Positions 8,890 to 17,572 are shown, counted from the first letter of the stretch. The stretch: DNA of 48,531 nt from a bacterium (GCA_043802745.1 JAZDKU010000006.1:1-48531), one strand, 5' to 3'. A program made the numbers and translations. Notes: generated by a model not told the origin, from the sequence alone.

Positions 8890-9405
8890 TTATTTTAAAA
8901 ACTTCAAAGGCCAAAAAATAGCTACCCCTCCAGCTGAAGCCAAGGTTCTAACTGAAGATATTCTCCTAACACATCTGTCTGGCTTATCTTGAGAAATTCC
9001 GCTCATAGTCAAAGTGTCGCCATTGGCCATAGGACATTCAAAAGTTTTGTACTCCTCTATTAAATACCTTCCAGCAAAAGCAAGCCCAATTAAAAAATAA
9101 ATAATAACCACCCAAATTAAAATTTTCTTAAACTGTATTTTCATAATTTTTATTCCACTCTCCGCTTCTTTTTCCATTTTATCTAAGCGAGTATAGTAGT
9201 CTGAAATTTCTTTGAGATGCGCCCAAGCAATCTTGCCAGTCTTGGCTTCATCGTCATTGGTCACATTGGTTTGTGGGTCATGAGCTCCATGCTCCAACTC
9301 CACCCCCAACCCCATCCTAAACTCCTCCAAATCGTACTTGGTAAAATCCACCCCAATCCCCTCCCCTATTAATTTTGCCTCCTCTTGCGTAAATTTTTTA
9401 TTCAT
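8890..9405 (-). CDS. DUF5661-like domain fused to a TM helix and a C-terminal extension (paralogue A)
   Basis: The first ~83 aa are about 85% identical to ORF 12170..12424 (FTQEEAK.IG..IGVDF..YDLEEFR.GLGVELEHG...TNVTNDDEA.TGKIAWAHLKEI.DYYTRLDKMEKEAE). A TM helix follows (ILIWVVIIYFLIGLAF). The family name is from memory. Confidence 0.6.
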   Translation of the reverse strand: MNKKFTQEEAKLIGEGIGVDFTKYDLEEFRMGLGVELEHGAHDPQTNVTNDDEAKTGKIAWAHLKEISDYYTRLDKMEKEAESGIKIMKIQFKKILIWVVIIYFLIGLAFAGRYLIEEYKTFECPMANGDTLTMSGISQDKPDRCVRRISSVRTLASAGGVAIFWPLKFLK

Positions 9406-9424
9406 AGTTTTTTCTTTTTCTTAT

Positions 9425-9628
9425 TTAAATGCCTAAGCGAGGGGCGATAAGTTTGTTCCAAAGCGCTATTAAAAGCGGCCACCCAAAAAGAAAAATAGCA
9501 ATAATTCTCAAGCTTATTTTTACCTTTTTTGATTCTTGCTTTTGGGAGATAAAATATAAAATAAGAGCTAAAATCCAAGAGCCAAAAAAAGCTATCGGAT
9601 CAGTTGCTGGCCATCCATTTTCAAACAT
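9425..9628 (-). CDS. small membrane protein (67 aa)
   Basis: Two hydrophobic helices. No motif recognised. Confidence 0.4.
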   Translation of the reverse strand: MFENGWPATDPIAFFGSWILALILYFISQKQESKKVKISLRIIAIFLFGWPLLIALWNKLIAPRLGI

Positions 9629-9692
9629 ATTTTAGTTAATTAAATTATAAATTCACAACGACCTTTTATCCAGACAGATATGATAGCTAGCA

Positions 9693-10091
9693 TTAATTAG
9701 ATTGAAGTAAGTTTTTCATATACTGTTCCGAAGCTGGATTTGGATTGTCTAACCATTGATACTGATTCTTTCGTTGGTCTTGAAGTGCCTTTTCTTTTAG
9801 ATGGCATTTATAGTATTGCAATAAAGTAAATGTGAGGCAAAGAAAAAAAATAACTAACATTACATACCCAACTTTTTTATAACTATTTCTAATCACCATA
9901 ATACTAGAGTAAAAACCAAAAAAGATAAACAAAATAACATTGATTACTCTATACAAACCAAAAAGAGGGCAGAAACTTGATTCTGGCATAAAAGAAATCA
10001 CCAACAACACCCAGATAATAACGAGGGCTGAGACCACCAGAAAGAATTCTCCTTTTTGCTCCTTGTCTTCAAAGGTTATCTTTTTCATCAT
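9693..10091 (-). CDS. membrane protein (132 aa)
   Basis: Three or four hydrophobic helices followed by a polar tail. No motif recognised. Confidence 0.45.
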   Translation of the reverse strand: MMKKITFEDKEQKGEFFLVVSALVIIWVLLVISFMPESSFCPLFGLYRVINVILFIFFGFYSSIMVIRNSYKKVGYVMLVIFFLCLTFTLLQYYKCHLKEKALQDQRKNQYQWLDNPNPASEQYMKNLLQSN

Positions 10092-10131
10092 TTTTGTATT
10101 ATTTTTACTCCCCCCTTGCCTCGCCGTAGCT

Positions 10132-10188
10132 TTAGCGAAGGCAGGTCTCCCTATTCGCCTCCTCCTGCGTAAATTTTTTGTTACTCAT
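10132..10188 (-). pseudogene. 5' remnant of a third DUF5661-like gene
   Basis: ATGAGTAACAAAAAATTTACGCAGGAGGAGGCGAAT encodes MSNKKFTQEEAN, matching the N-termini at 9405 and 12424. The frame then runs into a GC-rich hairpin element and stops after 18 codons. Confidence 0.55.
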
Positions 10189-10253
10189 AAGTTTTATTTT
10201 TTACTTTTTATTTTTTATTTTACCTAACCCCCCTAAAGAAATAAAGCTACCCC

Positions 10254-10574
10254 CTATTTTCTTTTAATCCATTCTTTGCTAATCCACTTTTTGATAATGG
10301 CTTGGTCTAAATCAATATCCATAACCGTGGCAATAGCAAAAACCAAACCAATCACATCCGCCAATTCTTTAGCAAAGCCCTTTTTAGCTTCTTCATCTGA
10401 TAAATACTTTTCTGGCCGGCATCTTTTTTTATAAACCAAATAGGCCTGCATCAACTCGCCAACCTCTTCTCCTATCTTTAAAATTAAGTAGTCGTCATTT
10501 AAAGCGATTTTATCTTTTTCCAAATGCTCTAAAAACACTTGGGCAACTTGTTTTTGTATTTCTTTTAATTCCAT
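10254..10574 (-). CDS. MazG-like nucleotide pyrophosphohydrolase (all-alpha NTP-PPase)
   Basis: KIGEEVGELMQA ... FAKELADVIGLVFAIA gives the EExxE...ExxD helices of the MazG fold. An alternative upstream ATG at 10595 would overlap the Fic/Doc gene by 14 nt. Confidence 0.7.
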   Translation of the reverse strand: MELKEIQKQVAQVFLEHLEKDKIALNDDYLILKIGEEVGELMQAYLVYKKRCRPEKYLSDEEAKKGFAKELADVIGLVFAIATVMDIDLDQAIIKKWISKEWIKRK

Positions 10575-10581
10575 ATTTTTA

Positions 10582-11550
10582 TTATTTTTTCGCAATAAGA
10601 TTTAAAATTAAGCCAATAACTTTATCTTTTTCTTTCGTGTCGCTACAAGCAACAAGAATTGTTAATGCAGTAAGCGCAGAAGGAGTAAGCTTGGATACAT
10701 CTAAAATATTGGCTTGCTTTAAAAACCACACAAAAGCAAATGCTCCACTTCTTTTGTTGCCATCAACAAAAGGGTGATCTTTAATCATAAAATATAGAAG
10801 GTGAGCTGCTTTTTCCTCTGCGCTTTCGTATAGTTCCTTACCGCCAAAAGATTGCATCACATTGCCAATAATTCCTGCCACAAAACCCTCGCTTCTTTCT
10901 TTGCCAAAAATATCAGTTACTTCCGACCTACGCATAAGCTCTTCTTTTAACCCAGCTAAGCTTTTAGAAATTTTTTCTGTTGTTAATAAAACCTTTTTCT
11001 TTGTAAGCTTTCCTTTTGGTAAAACGCCTTTGTCATACGCATCAAGTGATAGCCAAGTATCAGCAAAAAGCGATACAAGTTCAACTGCGTCTTCTGCATC
11101 CACAACAGAGCCAGCTGGCAAAAGTTTTTTAATATCTTCCACCACGCTCAAGAACTGCGCGTAATTTTCCGAAATACGATTTTTATTGACCGCATATCCG
11201 TCAACAATATAACTTCGCAACGTTTTTGTTGCCCATTTTCTAAATTCTATTGCTACTTTTGAGTTTGTCCTATAACCAACTCCTAAAATAACATCCAGCG
11301 AATAGAGGATAATGGGCTTGTCAGAATTTGCAATATGCATTTTTTGCATATTGCTTTTTTTATCAATTTCACCATCCTTAAAAATATTATTAATATGTCG
11401 CGAAATAACCGATTGGTCAACGCCAAAAAGATTAACGATTTGCGCTTGTGTGGCCCATATTGTTTCACGCGAAAAATCCCCCCGAAGCTCAATGGCTCCT
11501 GACTTTGCTTGATAAATCACAACCTGCGATTTTTTATTACTTTTCTTCAT
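10582..11550 (-). CDS. RhuM-family N-terminal domain fused to a Fic/Doc domain (Doc-type motif)
   Basis: The N-terminus (WATQAQIVNLFGVDQSVISRHINNIF...GYRTNSKVAIEFRKWAT) is RhuM-like. The C-terminus carries HPFVDGNKRSG, the Doc-type variant (HxFxDGNKR) of the Fic motif. The ATG overlaps the HIT stop by 4 nt. Confidence 0.75.
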   Translation of the reverse strand: MKKSNKKSQVVIYQAKSGAIELRGDFSRETIWATQAQIVNLFGVDQSVISRHINNIFKDGEIDKKSNMQKMHIANSDKPIILYSLDVILGVGYRTNSKVAIEFRKWATKTLRSYIVDGYAVNKNRISENYAQFLSVVEDIKKLLPAGSVVDAEDAVELVSLFADTWLSLDAYDKGVLPKGKLTKKKVLLTTEKISKSLAGLKEELMRRSEVTDIFGKERSEGFVAGIIGNVMQSFGGKELYESAEEKAAHLLYFMIKDHPFVDGNKRSGAFAFVWFLKQANILDVSKLTPSALTALTILVACSDTKEKDKVIGLILNLIAKK

Positions 11551-11939
11551 TTTCCCCGTCTTTTATTCTCTTCTTGTTTAAAAAAATAACAAATGCCCTT
11601 GCCCACTAACGGCTCGTCGCTAAACCTAGCCACTACATGTAAATGAGCATGAGAAACTCTCTGGCCAGCCACCTCGCCAACGTTCCAACCAATAATAAAC
11701 CCGTCGGGATTTGCTTTGCTTAAAATCTTTTTTGCTTCTAATAAATACTTTCTCATAGACGCCCACTCTTGCTCGTTTATTTCAAAAGGCGTTTCTATAT
11801 GCCTTTTAGTTATTATTAAAACAGCATTTTGTAAAACAGGGTCTATTGATTCCACAATATAGCAAAAATCGTCTTGAGCCAAAACCCCGCCTCTTAATAT
11901 CTTATTTTCCAAACAAAAATTACAATCCTTTATTGCCAT
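11547..11939 (-). CDS. HIT-family (histidine triad) nucleotide hydrolase/transferase
   Basis: SHAHLHVV histidine triad and an N-terminal CNFC. The start is set at the ATG (MAIKDCNFC), because the track ORF begins at a TTG 8 codons upstream. Confidence 0.8.
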   Translation of the reverse strand: MAIKDCNFCLENKILRGGVLAQDDFCYIVESIDPVLQNAVLIITKRHIETPFEINEQEWASMRKYLLEAKKILSKANPDGFIIGWNVGEVAGQRVSHAHLHVVARFSDEPLVGKGICYFFKQEENKRRGK

Positions 11940-12038
11940 AAATTTATTTTTTATTTCCTCCAAAGTTTTTCCTCATAAACCGTGGCTAACCCCATTTCTA
12001 TTTCTCTCCTTATATTGAGTTCTCCACAGATCTCTTGA

Positions 12039-12125
12039 TTGACATGCTATCTTATGTTATATTTAAAGCGTAGGAGCAATCCTACTAATCACGCGGTCCC
12101 GCCTCTGGCGGGATTTTCGCTTTTT
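12039..12125 (+). ncRNA. candidate small RNA unit: promoter-like TTGACA-17-TTTAAA, two hairpins and a U-tract
   Basis: TTGACA at 12039-12044. Hairpin GTAGGA-GCAA-TCCTAC at 12070-12085. Hairpin CCCGCC-TCT-GGCGGG at 12098-12112, followed by ATTTTCGCTTTTT. It lies on the strand opposite to all neighbouring genes. Confidence 0.25.
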
Positions 12126-12169
12126 ATATACACTCTTTTGCGAGTCCTGTTGACACCGAGTGTCAAAAA

Positions 12170-12424
12170 CTACTCCCCTTCCGCTTCTTTTTCCATTTTA
12201 TCTAAGCGAGTGTAGTAATCTGGAATCTCTTTGAGATGGGCCCAGGCAATTTTGCCAGTCATTGCTTCATCGTCATTGGTAACATTGGTTTGTGTGTCGC
12301 AAAGCCCATGCTCCAACTCCACCCCCAAGCCCACCCTAAACTCCTCCAAATCATACACGCCAAAATCCACCCCTATCATATCCCCTATTACTTTCGCCTC
12401 CTCTTGTGTAAATTGTTTTTTCAT
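12170..12424 (-). CDS. DUF5661-like protein (paralogue B, domain only)
   Basis: 84 aa, about 85% identical to the N-terminal domain of 8890..9405. Confidence 0.6.
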   Translation of the reverse strand: MKKQFTQEEAKVIGDMIGVDFGVYDLEEFRVGLGVELEHGLCDTQTNVTNDDEAMTGKIAWAHLKEIPDYYTRLDKMEKEAEGE

Positions 12425-12440
12425 AAATAAAATGTTTTAG

Positions 12441-13004
12441 TTACCGAATAATTCGGCACAAAATTTGTGAAAAATTATAATCTAAAAAAGATGATAGAAG
12501 AATAATAGAACCGACAGCAAATAAAAGTAACATCAAAGAAAAAACTTTGTCTGTATTTTTTAGTCTTTCTTCGAAAATGTCTTCGGCAGCTTGTTCCATC
12601 TCTTTAATTTTGTCTTTTGTATAATGTTCAAAATTGCCCCTTGCAACCTCTAGACCAATTTTCTCCCAATCTTTAATATATTTTTCAATCTTGTTAACAT
12701 ACCCATTATAAATATTTTTTGTATCAGTATAAATCTTTTTCAACCAAAAAATACCTAAAAAAATAACACCAAACAAGAATATCTCGCCAATAAAAAATAA
12801 ATTCCTGTTTATTACGCTTGATATACCGGTAAAGCCAAACCCAGCTACTATCCCCACTACAGTAACAACCCTATAACTCAATTCTAATATTCTGATAAGA
12901 AACTTGTCGTGGTCCTTGACGATTTCTTTCATCGTAGCAAAAGCACTATCTATGTATTCCTGAATCTCTGATATTTTTTGTAAAATTTCTTCTTGTGTTG
13001 GCAT
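12441..13004 (-). CDS. membrane protein with helical cytoplasmic segments
   Basis: The start is set at MPTQEEILQK (13004), which avoids overlap with the 64-aa ORF. There are two central TM helices and one C-terminal TM helix. No motif recognised. Confidence 0.5.
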   Translation of the reverse strand: MPTQEEILQKISEIQEYIDSAFATMKEIVKDHDKFLIRILELSYRVVTVVGIVAGFGFTGISSVINRNLFFIGEIFLFGVIFLGIFWLKKIYTDTKNIYNGYVNKIEKYIKDWEKIGLEVARGNFEHYTKDKIKEMEQAAEDIFEERLKNTDKVFSLMLLLFAVGSIILLSSFLDYNFSQILCRIIR

Positions 13005-13014
13005 TTTCTTAGTT

Positions 13015-13209
13015 TTATTTCCTCCAAGGTTTTTCAAAAAGAATAACAATAATAATTATAGCAAGCAAAAATGCAATAAATATGAGTAAGGGTTTGCTTA
13101 GCGACCAAGTAGTCTTAACCACAAGCACCAATAGAAAATACGCCCCAACAACCGCCGCTTTAATAACCTCCCATATCAACTGCCAAAAATTTATATCAAC
13201 AACCGCCAT
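13015..13209 (-). CDS. small membrane protein (64 aa)
   Basis: Two hydrophobic helices. It lies directly downstream of res. Its C-terminal codons and 3' flank are repeated upstream of the HIT gene. Confidence 0.4.
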   Translation of the reverse strand: MAVVDINFWQLIWEVIKAAVVGAYFLLVLVVKTTWSLSKPLLIFIAFLLAIIIIVILFEKPWRK

Positions 13210-13218
13210 TACTTTTAA

Positions 13219-15510
13219 TTATAATTTCGAAACTTCGTTAATAATATTATCAATATTATTTTTCTCTACCCACATAAAATAATATCCTTTATTGCTCAAT
13301 TTTTGCCACATTTCGCCAGTTGCCTTTTTATAATCCGAATCTTCTGACCCCACCAAATGCTCACCCTTATATTCTAAAATGATATAATTCTCATCCTTTG
13401 TTTTCGCAATAAAATCCGGATAAAATTTTTGCTTTTTACATCCCTGAATAAAAAAACCGCCTATTTCTGGATTACGAAACCACCAATAAATGTTTTCAAG
13501 AGCGTTTAATTTACTCGCTAAATCTAACTCTTCTTTATTCATTTTGCCTGCTTTTTCGTACAGGTGTTTATCAAAGTTATCTGGAGAAACCTGCAGTAAA
13601 CTTATGTTATCGCCTAAATTAAAATTTTCACCATTAGAAACAACTGTCTGACCCTTAATCAACTCTTTAAACTTCTTCTCTGTTAGTTTGTCAACAATTT
13701 CATTAATTTTATTTTCAATAACTTCTTTAATTTGATATTGATGCCTGGCTACCTCGCTAAAAGTATACTGCGTCAATAATTTGTCTAAGATTCTTTTCAA
13801 AAAAACACTCACTTCATCAATAGCAATAAACCCCCGTTGAATTTTTATTCTAAACCAAGATAGTAAGTCATCTTTAGTAAAGTCCTTGCAATGATAGATA
13901 AGCCCCAACTTTCCGGCTGCGTCTCTTATTAACTCGCCTTTGTTGCCAATGTCAATTTTTAAAATTCTGTTATCTTCAACTAATTGAAAATCAACTGTTG
14001 CGTCTTGGTTTTTTAAAATAGCAACATCCCCAATCAAATCTGCCACATAATCTAACTTCCGCAAATTTTCTCCATCTTTAATATTTATAAAAGGAACAAC
14101 AATTTCTTTATCGTCAATTTTTCTTTTATATTCGTTAGCAATAATTGATACTCCATTTGCCATTGGCACAATATCCTCATAGCCATTTTCTTGCAACCCC
14201 TTAATAACCATCTCCGATGTTTGATTGAAATTTTGAGTAGAAGCGAAAATATAAGCGGAATTTAAAGCAGGGTCTTCTTTTTCTTCGGCGTTTGGTAAAC
14301 GCATAATTCGACCAATGGTCTGCTCCACCGATAGTCGCGCGCCTAAATTAGAAACAGACACCAACACATAGGCAAACGGACAATCCCAGCCCTCCCTTAA
14401 AGCATTGACCGTAATAATATAACGAATTGGGCAAGTTTTAGCCAAAAGTGTTTTCATATTTGGCAGTCCTCTCTTTTTTGCTGTTTGAATAGCAATTTGC
14501 TCTTCAGGTATGTTAGCTTCTTGCATTAAAAAATTCTTTATTCTTTCCACATAAACCCTATTGGCATTTTCTATGTCTTGCTCTGCTTGCAAAAGCATGA
14601 TGGGCCTAATATACTCGCCCTTGATTTTCTTGGCTCTTTTATCTAAATCGTTTAATTTTTCAATGCCTTCATAAATCGTTTCTTGCCACGGCGTTTTGTT
14701 AGCTAAATAAATCGGCATTTTTATCATTTTTGCCGCTTTCAATTCTTTGGCTGAAACATTAACTAACACATTACTTTGCCCTTTAGGCGTAGCGGTAAAT
14801 TCTAGAACAAACGACGGATTCAACCCCTTCAACATATCAAAAGAAAGCTCGGTTTGAACATTATGCCCCTCGTCCACAATCACTAACGGATTATGCAATT
14901 TAATAACATTGACTAAAGAATAGATAATTTCGCCTTCTTTATCCTTGTCTAAAAAATCAAAATCGGCACTATCAAGTCCTTCAAAATGTAACATTAAATC
15001 CCCATTATCTTGATACGCTTTAAGCCATTCTTTATCCGTTCGCCTAAAAGCGCCTAGGGTTGAAATAACAATGCAAAGATTATCCGTTAAATCATCTTTC
15101 TTAATCTTTTTGGCTTCGGCCAAATCAAAAACTTTTACCGCATTATTAAATCGTTCGTCCAAAACTTCCCGATAAGGGTGCTTGCGGTCGCGCAAATTGT
15201 TTAATGTCTGCGTTTTGATAGCATCGGACGGCACAAACCACATTGCCAAACCTTTGTCGCTTCTTTCAGCCAAGTAATCTTTAAAAATAATGCCCACAGA
15301 ATGGCTGGCAATCAAGGTTTTACCCCCACCTGTTGGCACTTTTATGCACACAAAAGGGCTTCGGCCAATCTCTGGCACCCAGTTATAATTTTTGTCAGTT
15401 CGTATCATAAAAGCCACCCCCGCCGCTTTTTCAGTGTCATACTTTTTCATTTCTGCTAAATATGTAGTCAACTCATCTAAAACTTTTTGTTGATATTTTT
15501 TTAATTGCAT
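13219..15510 (-). CDS. res: Type III restriction enzyme Res subunit (SF2 helicase plus endonuclease)
   Basis: VPTGGGKT (Walker A), VIVDEGHNV (DEAH-like), later helicase motifs (TVNALREGWD, QTIGRIMR) and a C-terminal PD-(D/E)xK-like YPDF...ILEYKG. The start is set at the ATG (MQLKKYQQ), because the track start at 15552 is a TTG. Confidence 0.85.
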   Translation of the reverse strand: MQLKKYQQKVLDELTTYLAEMKKYDTEKAAGVAFMIRTDKNYNWVPEIGRSPFVCIKVPTGGGKTLIASHSVGIIFKDYLAERSDKGLAMWFVPSDAIKTQTLNNLRDRKHPYREVLDERFNNAVKVFDLAEAKKIKKDDLTDNLCIVISTLGAFRRTDKEWLKAYQDNGDLMLHFEGLDSADFDFLDKDKEGEIIYSLVNVIKLHNPLVIVDEGHNVQTELSFDMLKGLNPSFVLEFTATPKGQSNVLVNVSAKELKAAKMIKMPIYLANKTPWQETIYEGIEKLNDLDKRAKKIKGEYIRPIMLLQAEQDIENANRVYVERIKNFLMQEANIPEEQIAIQTAKKRGLPNMKTLLAKTCPIRYIITVNALREGWDCPFAYVLVSVSNLGARLSVEQTIGRIMRLPNAEEKEDPALNSAYIFASTQNFNQTSEMVIKGLQENGYEDIVPMANGVSIIANEYKRKIDDKEIVVPFINIKDGENLRKLDYVADLIGDVAILKNQDATVDFQLVEDNRILKIDIGNKGELIRDAAGKLGLIYHCKDFTKDDLLSWFRIKIQRGFIAIDEVSVFLKRILDKLLTQYTFSEVARHQYQIKEVIENKINEIVDKLTEKKFKELIKGQTVVSNGENFNLGDNISLLQVSPDNFDKHLYEKAGKMNKEELDLASKLNALENIYWWFRNPEIGGFFIQGCKKQKFYPDFIAKTKDENYIILEYKGEHLVGSEDSDYKKATGEMWQKLSNKGYYFMWVEKNNIDNIINEVSKL

Positions 15511-15516
15511 ACTAGC

Positions 15517-15545
15517 TTGATTTTGATAGAAAAATGAATTATAAT
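15517..15545 (+). promoter_or_regulatory. sigma70-like promoter TTGATT-17-TATAAT facing the plus-strand ORF
   Basis: TTGATT at 15517-15522 and TATAAT at 15540-15545, 28 nt upstream of the ATG at 15573. Confidence 0.45.
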
Positions 15546-15572
15546 TACTCAAATTTAATTAATATTTTACCC

Positions 15573-15947
15573 ATGAAAGAAAATCTTTATCTTACAAAAA
15601 ATACAACCATCAATCACTATTCATTGCCTTATGACGCTCGTGGACTGGTAGTGAACATTTCTTCATATGCTATTAAGGCATTTGACGAAGTAGAAGAAAT
15701 TTGGACCGCTAAACCCATCGACTGGTTAAATTCCGAAGAAAGCTCTTTCCATTCATATTCGGAAGCACAAGACGCGTTTTTAATAAAAACGGATCTTTTC
15801 TTTGAAACATCATTATTGTCCAATGAACCCAATAAGATGTACGCTATCTCATTATCTGTCCTTACATTAACGGTGGATGATACAATTTCTGCTGTTGCAA
15901 ACGCCTTAGAATTTAACAACTACTTTTACCCAATTATTTTGGACTAA
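15573..15947 (+). CDS. hypothetical acidic protein (124 aa) encoded antisense between mod and res
   Basis: This is the only long open frame in the 433-nt mod-res gap. It has AT-rich third positions like the host genes and is preceded by a good promoter. Its stop overlaps the mod stop by 4 nt (convergent). No homology recognised. Confidence 0.45.
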   Translation: MKENLYLTKNTTINHYSLPYDARGLVVNISSYAIKAFDEVEEIWTAKPIDWLNSEESSFHSYSEAQDAFLIKTDLFFETSLLSNEPNKMYAISLSVLTLTVDDTISAVANALEFNNYFYPIILD

Positions 15948-17557
15948 TAAACTTTAACTTGATACGGTATTTGCTTGAAAACTATTTGGTGTTTTTCTAA
16001 AACTTCATCGTCTAATAAGCACTTGTCGGCATAGACAACCTTTTTGCCTACGGTTTTTTTAATTTCTTGTAAAAATTTTCTGTCTAAAATATTTTTGCCA
16101 ATGCCGTTAAAAAGCAAAAAATAATGGCTACTGCCAAATTCACCCAAGTAATTGCCTTTAATGTTTTTCTTTTCCAAATTGGTGCGAGTTTCGGTGAAAT
16201 AAACATATCTTGCCATATCGTCAAAGCTAACTGTTTTATTTATTGCGCCGTCTTTATCAAACAATGGCTCGCCAAGCTCTACGAACTCAAACCCGCCGCC
16301 AAGCCCTGCCACCTTTACCGTTTCCCCACTGCTTTTTTTATACGAATAGCCCTTGACCACTCTTTTTATTCTTTCGGCTGTGATATTTTTGGCAATATTT
16401 TTTTCTAGCTCTACCAAAATAAACTTTCTGTTGCCCCCGTCTTCTCTATTTAAATCTAAAACCGCATGCCCCGTCGTCCCCGACCCCGCAAAAGAATCTA
16501 GAATAATAGAATCCTTTCGACAAGTTAATTCAATTAAATATCGAACCAATAAATACGGTTTAGAATAATTAAAAATTTTTTTGCCAAAAATATTTTCTAA
16601 ATCTTTTGCAGCCATTGTGCTAGAAAACTTATTAATTACACCAAATGGGCGATTGGTTCTTTCTGTAATATTTCCATCATTATCAACATTAAAATATTGT
16701 TTTGTATAAACTGCCCATTTACCATTTTTATCTTTTTTTATTACCACAAAATCATTCTTTAATCCCCAAACGAGTTTCTTTTTTGACCATCTCCAACAGG
16801 CTCTCTTTTCACCATAACTTGGATAAATAAAAGTATTCTCTGGCGACTTTATAGGATAATCCAACGATTTTCCATATTGTATACTTGCACTATTTAATTT
16901 CACTAACTGATATTTTCCTCTCACACTAACCCATTTATCTTTTAAAGAATACCTGTCTTCATCCTCAACCTCAATGCCCTTAATCAGCAACAATTCCTTG
17001 TTTCTTGCATAGGTTAAAATATATTCATGCTTTATTTTAAAGTATTTACTATCTGAACTTCCACCACCCTCTTTATTCTCCCAAACAATTTTCGCAACAA
17101 AATTATCTTCACCAAAAATATCACCCATTAATAATCGTAAATGATGAACCTCGTTATCATTAATACTTATAAAAATAACGCCGTCGTCACTTAATAATTC
17201 CCGCAATAATTTTAACCGCGGATACATCATACAAAGCCACTTATCGTGACGACATAAATCCTCACCTTCGGGACCGACAGTTTTTCTAAACCATTCGGCG
17301 ATTTTCGGCGAATTTACCCTGTCGTTATAAACCCATTTTTCATTGCCAGTATTATAGGGTGGGTCAATATAAATACACTTTATTTTGTTGTAATAAAAAG
17401 GCATCAAGGCCTTTAACGCCTCTAAATTGTCGCCCTCCAAAATTAAATTTTCGCTCTCTCCAAGCGAATAAGTTTTGTTTTTCTTAAGCAACCGAAAAGC
17501 TACATCCTTATCATGATTAACAATTTTCTCTTTTCCTATCCAATTTAATGTGGGCAT
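15944..17557 (-). CDS. mod: Type III restriction-modification DNA methyltransferase (Mod)
   Basis: IYIDPPYNTGNE (motif IV) lies N-terminal to LDSFAGSGTTGHA (motif I), with a long variable region between them. This is the beta-class order typical of Type III Mod. Confidence 0.85.
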   Translation of the reverse strand: MPTLNWIGKEKIVNHDKDVAFRLLKKNKTYSLGESENLILEGDNLEALKALMPFYYNKIKCIYIDPPYNTGNEKWVYNDRVNSPKIAEWFRKTVGPEGEDLCRHDKWLCMMYPRLKLLRELLSDDGVIFISINDNEVHHLRLLMGDIFGEDNFVAKIVWENKEGGGSSDSKYFKIKHEYILTYARNKELLLIKGIEVEDEDRYSLKDKWVSVRGKYQLVKLNSASIQYGKSLDYPIKSPENTFIYPSYGEKRACWRWSKKKLVWGLKNDFVVIKKDKNGKWAVYTKQYFNVDNDGNITERTNRPFGVINKFSSTMAAKDLENIFGKKIFNYSKPYLLVRYLIELTCRKDSIILDSFAGSGTTGHAVLDLNREDGGNRKFILVELEKNIAKNITAERIKRVVKGYSYKKSSGETVKVAGLGGGFEFVELGEPLFDKDGAINKTVSFDDMARYVYFTETRTNLEKKNIKGNYLGEFGSSHYFLLFNGIGKNILDRKFLQEIKKTVGKKVVYADKCLLDDEVLEKHQIVFKQIPYQVKVY

Positions 17558-17572
17558 AAATTATTGTCTGTT

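Noticed and set aside
15511-15552. TTG-initiated extension of res (and, likewise, of HIT at 11940-11963)
   Set aside because: The track starts are TTG codons. Family-typical N-termini begin at the first ATG (MQLKKYQQ and MAIKDCNFC). This is not excluded, only less likely.
15629-15919. Minus-strand 96-aa ORF in the mod-res gap
   Set aside because: It shares third-codon positions with the longer plus-strand ORF, the typical shadow frame. It is shorter, Ser-rich, and lacks a start context. It is kept only as the alternative hypothesis.
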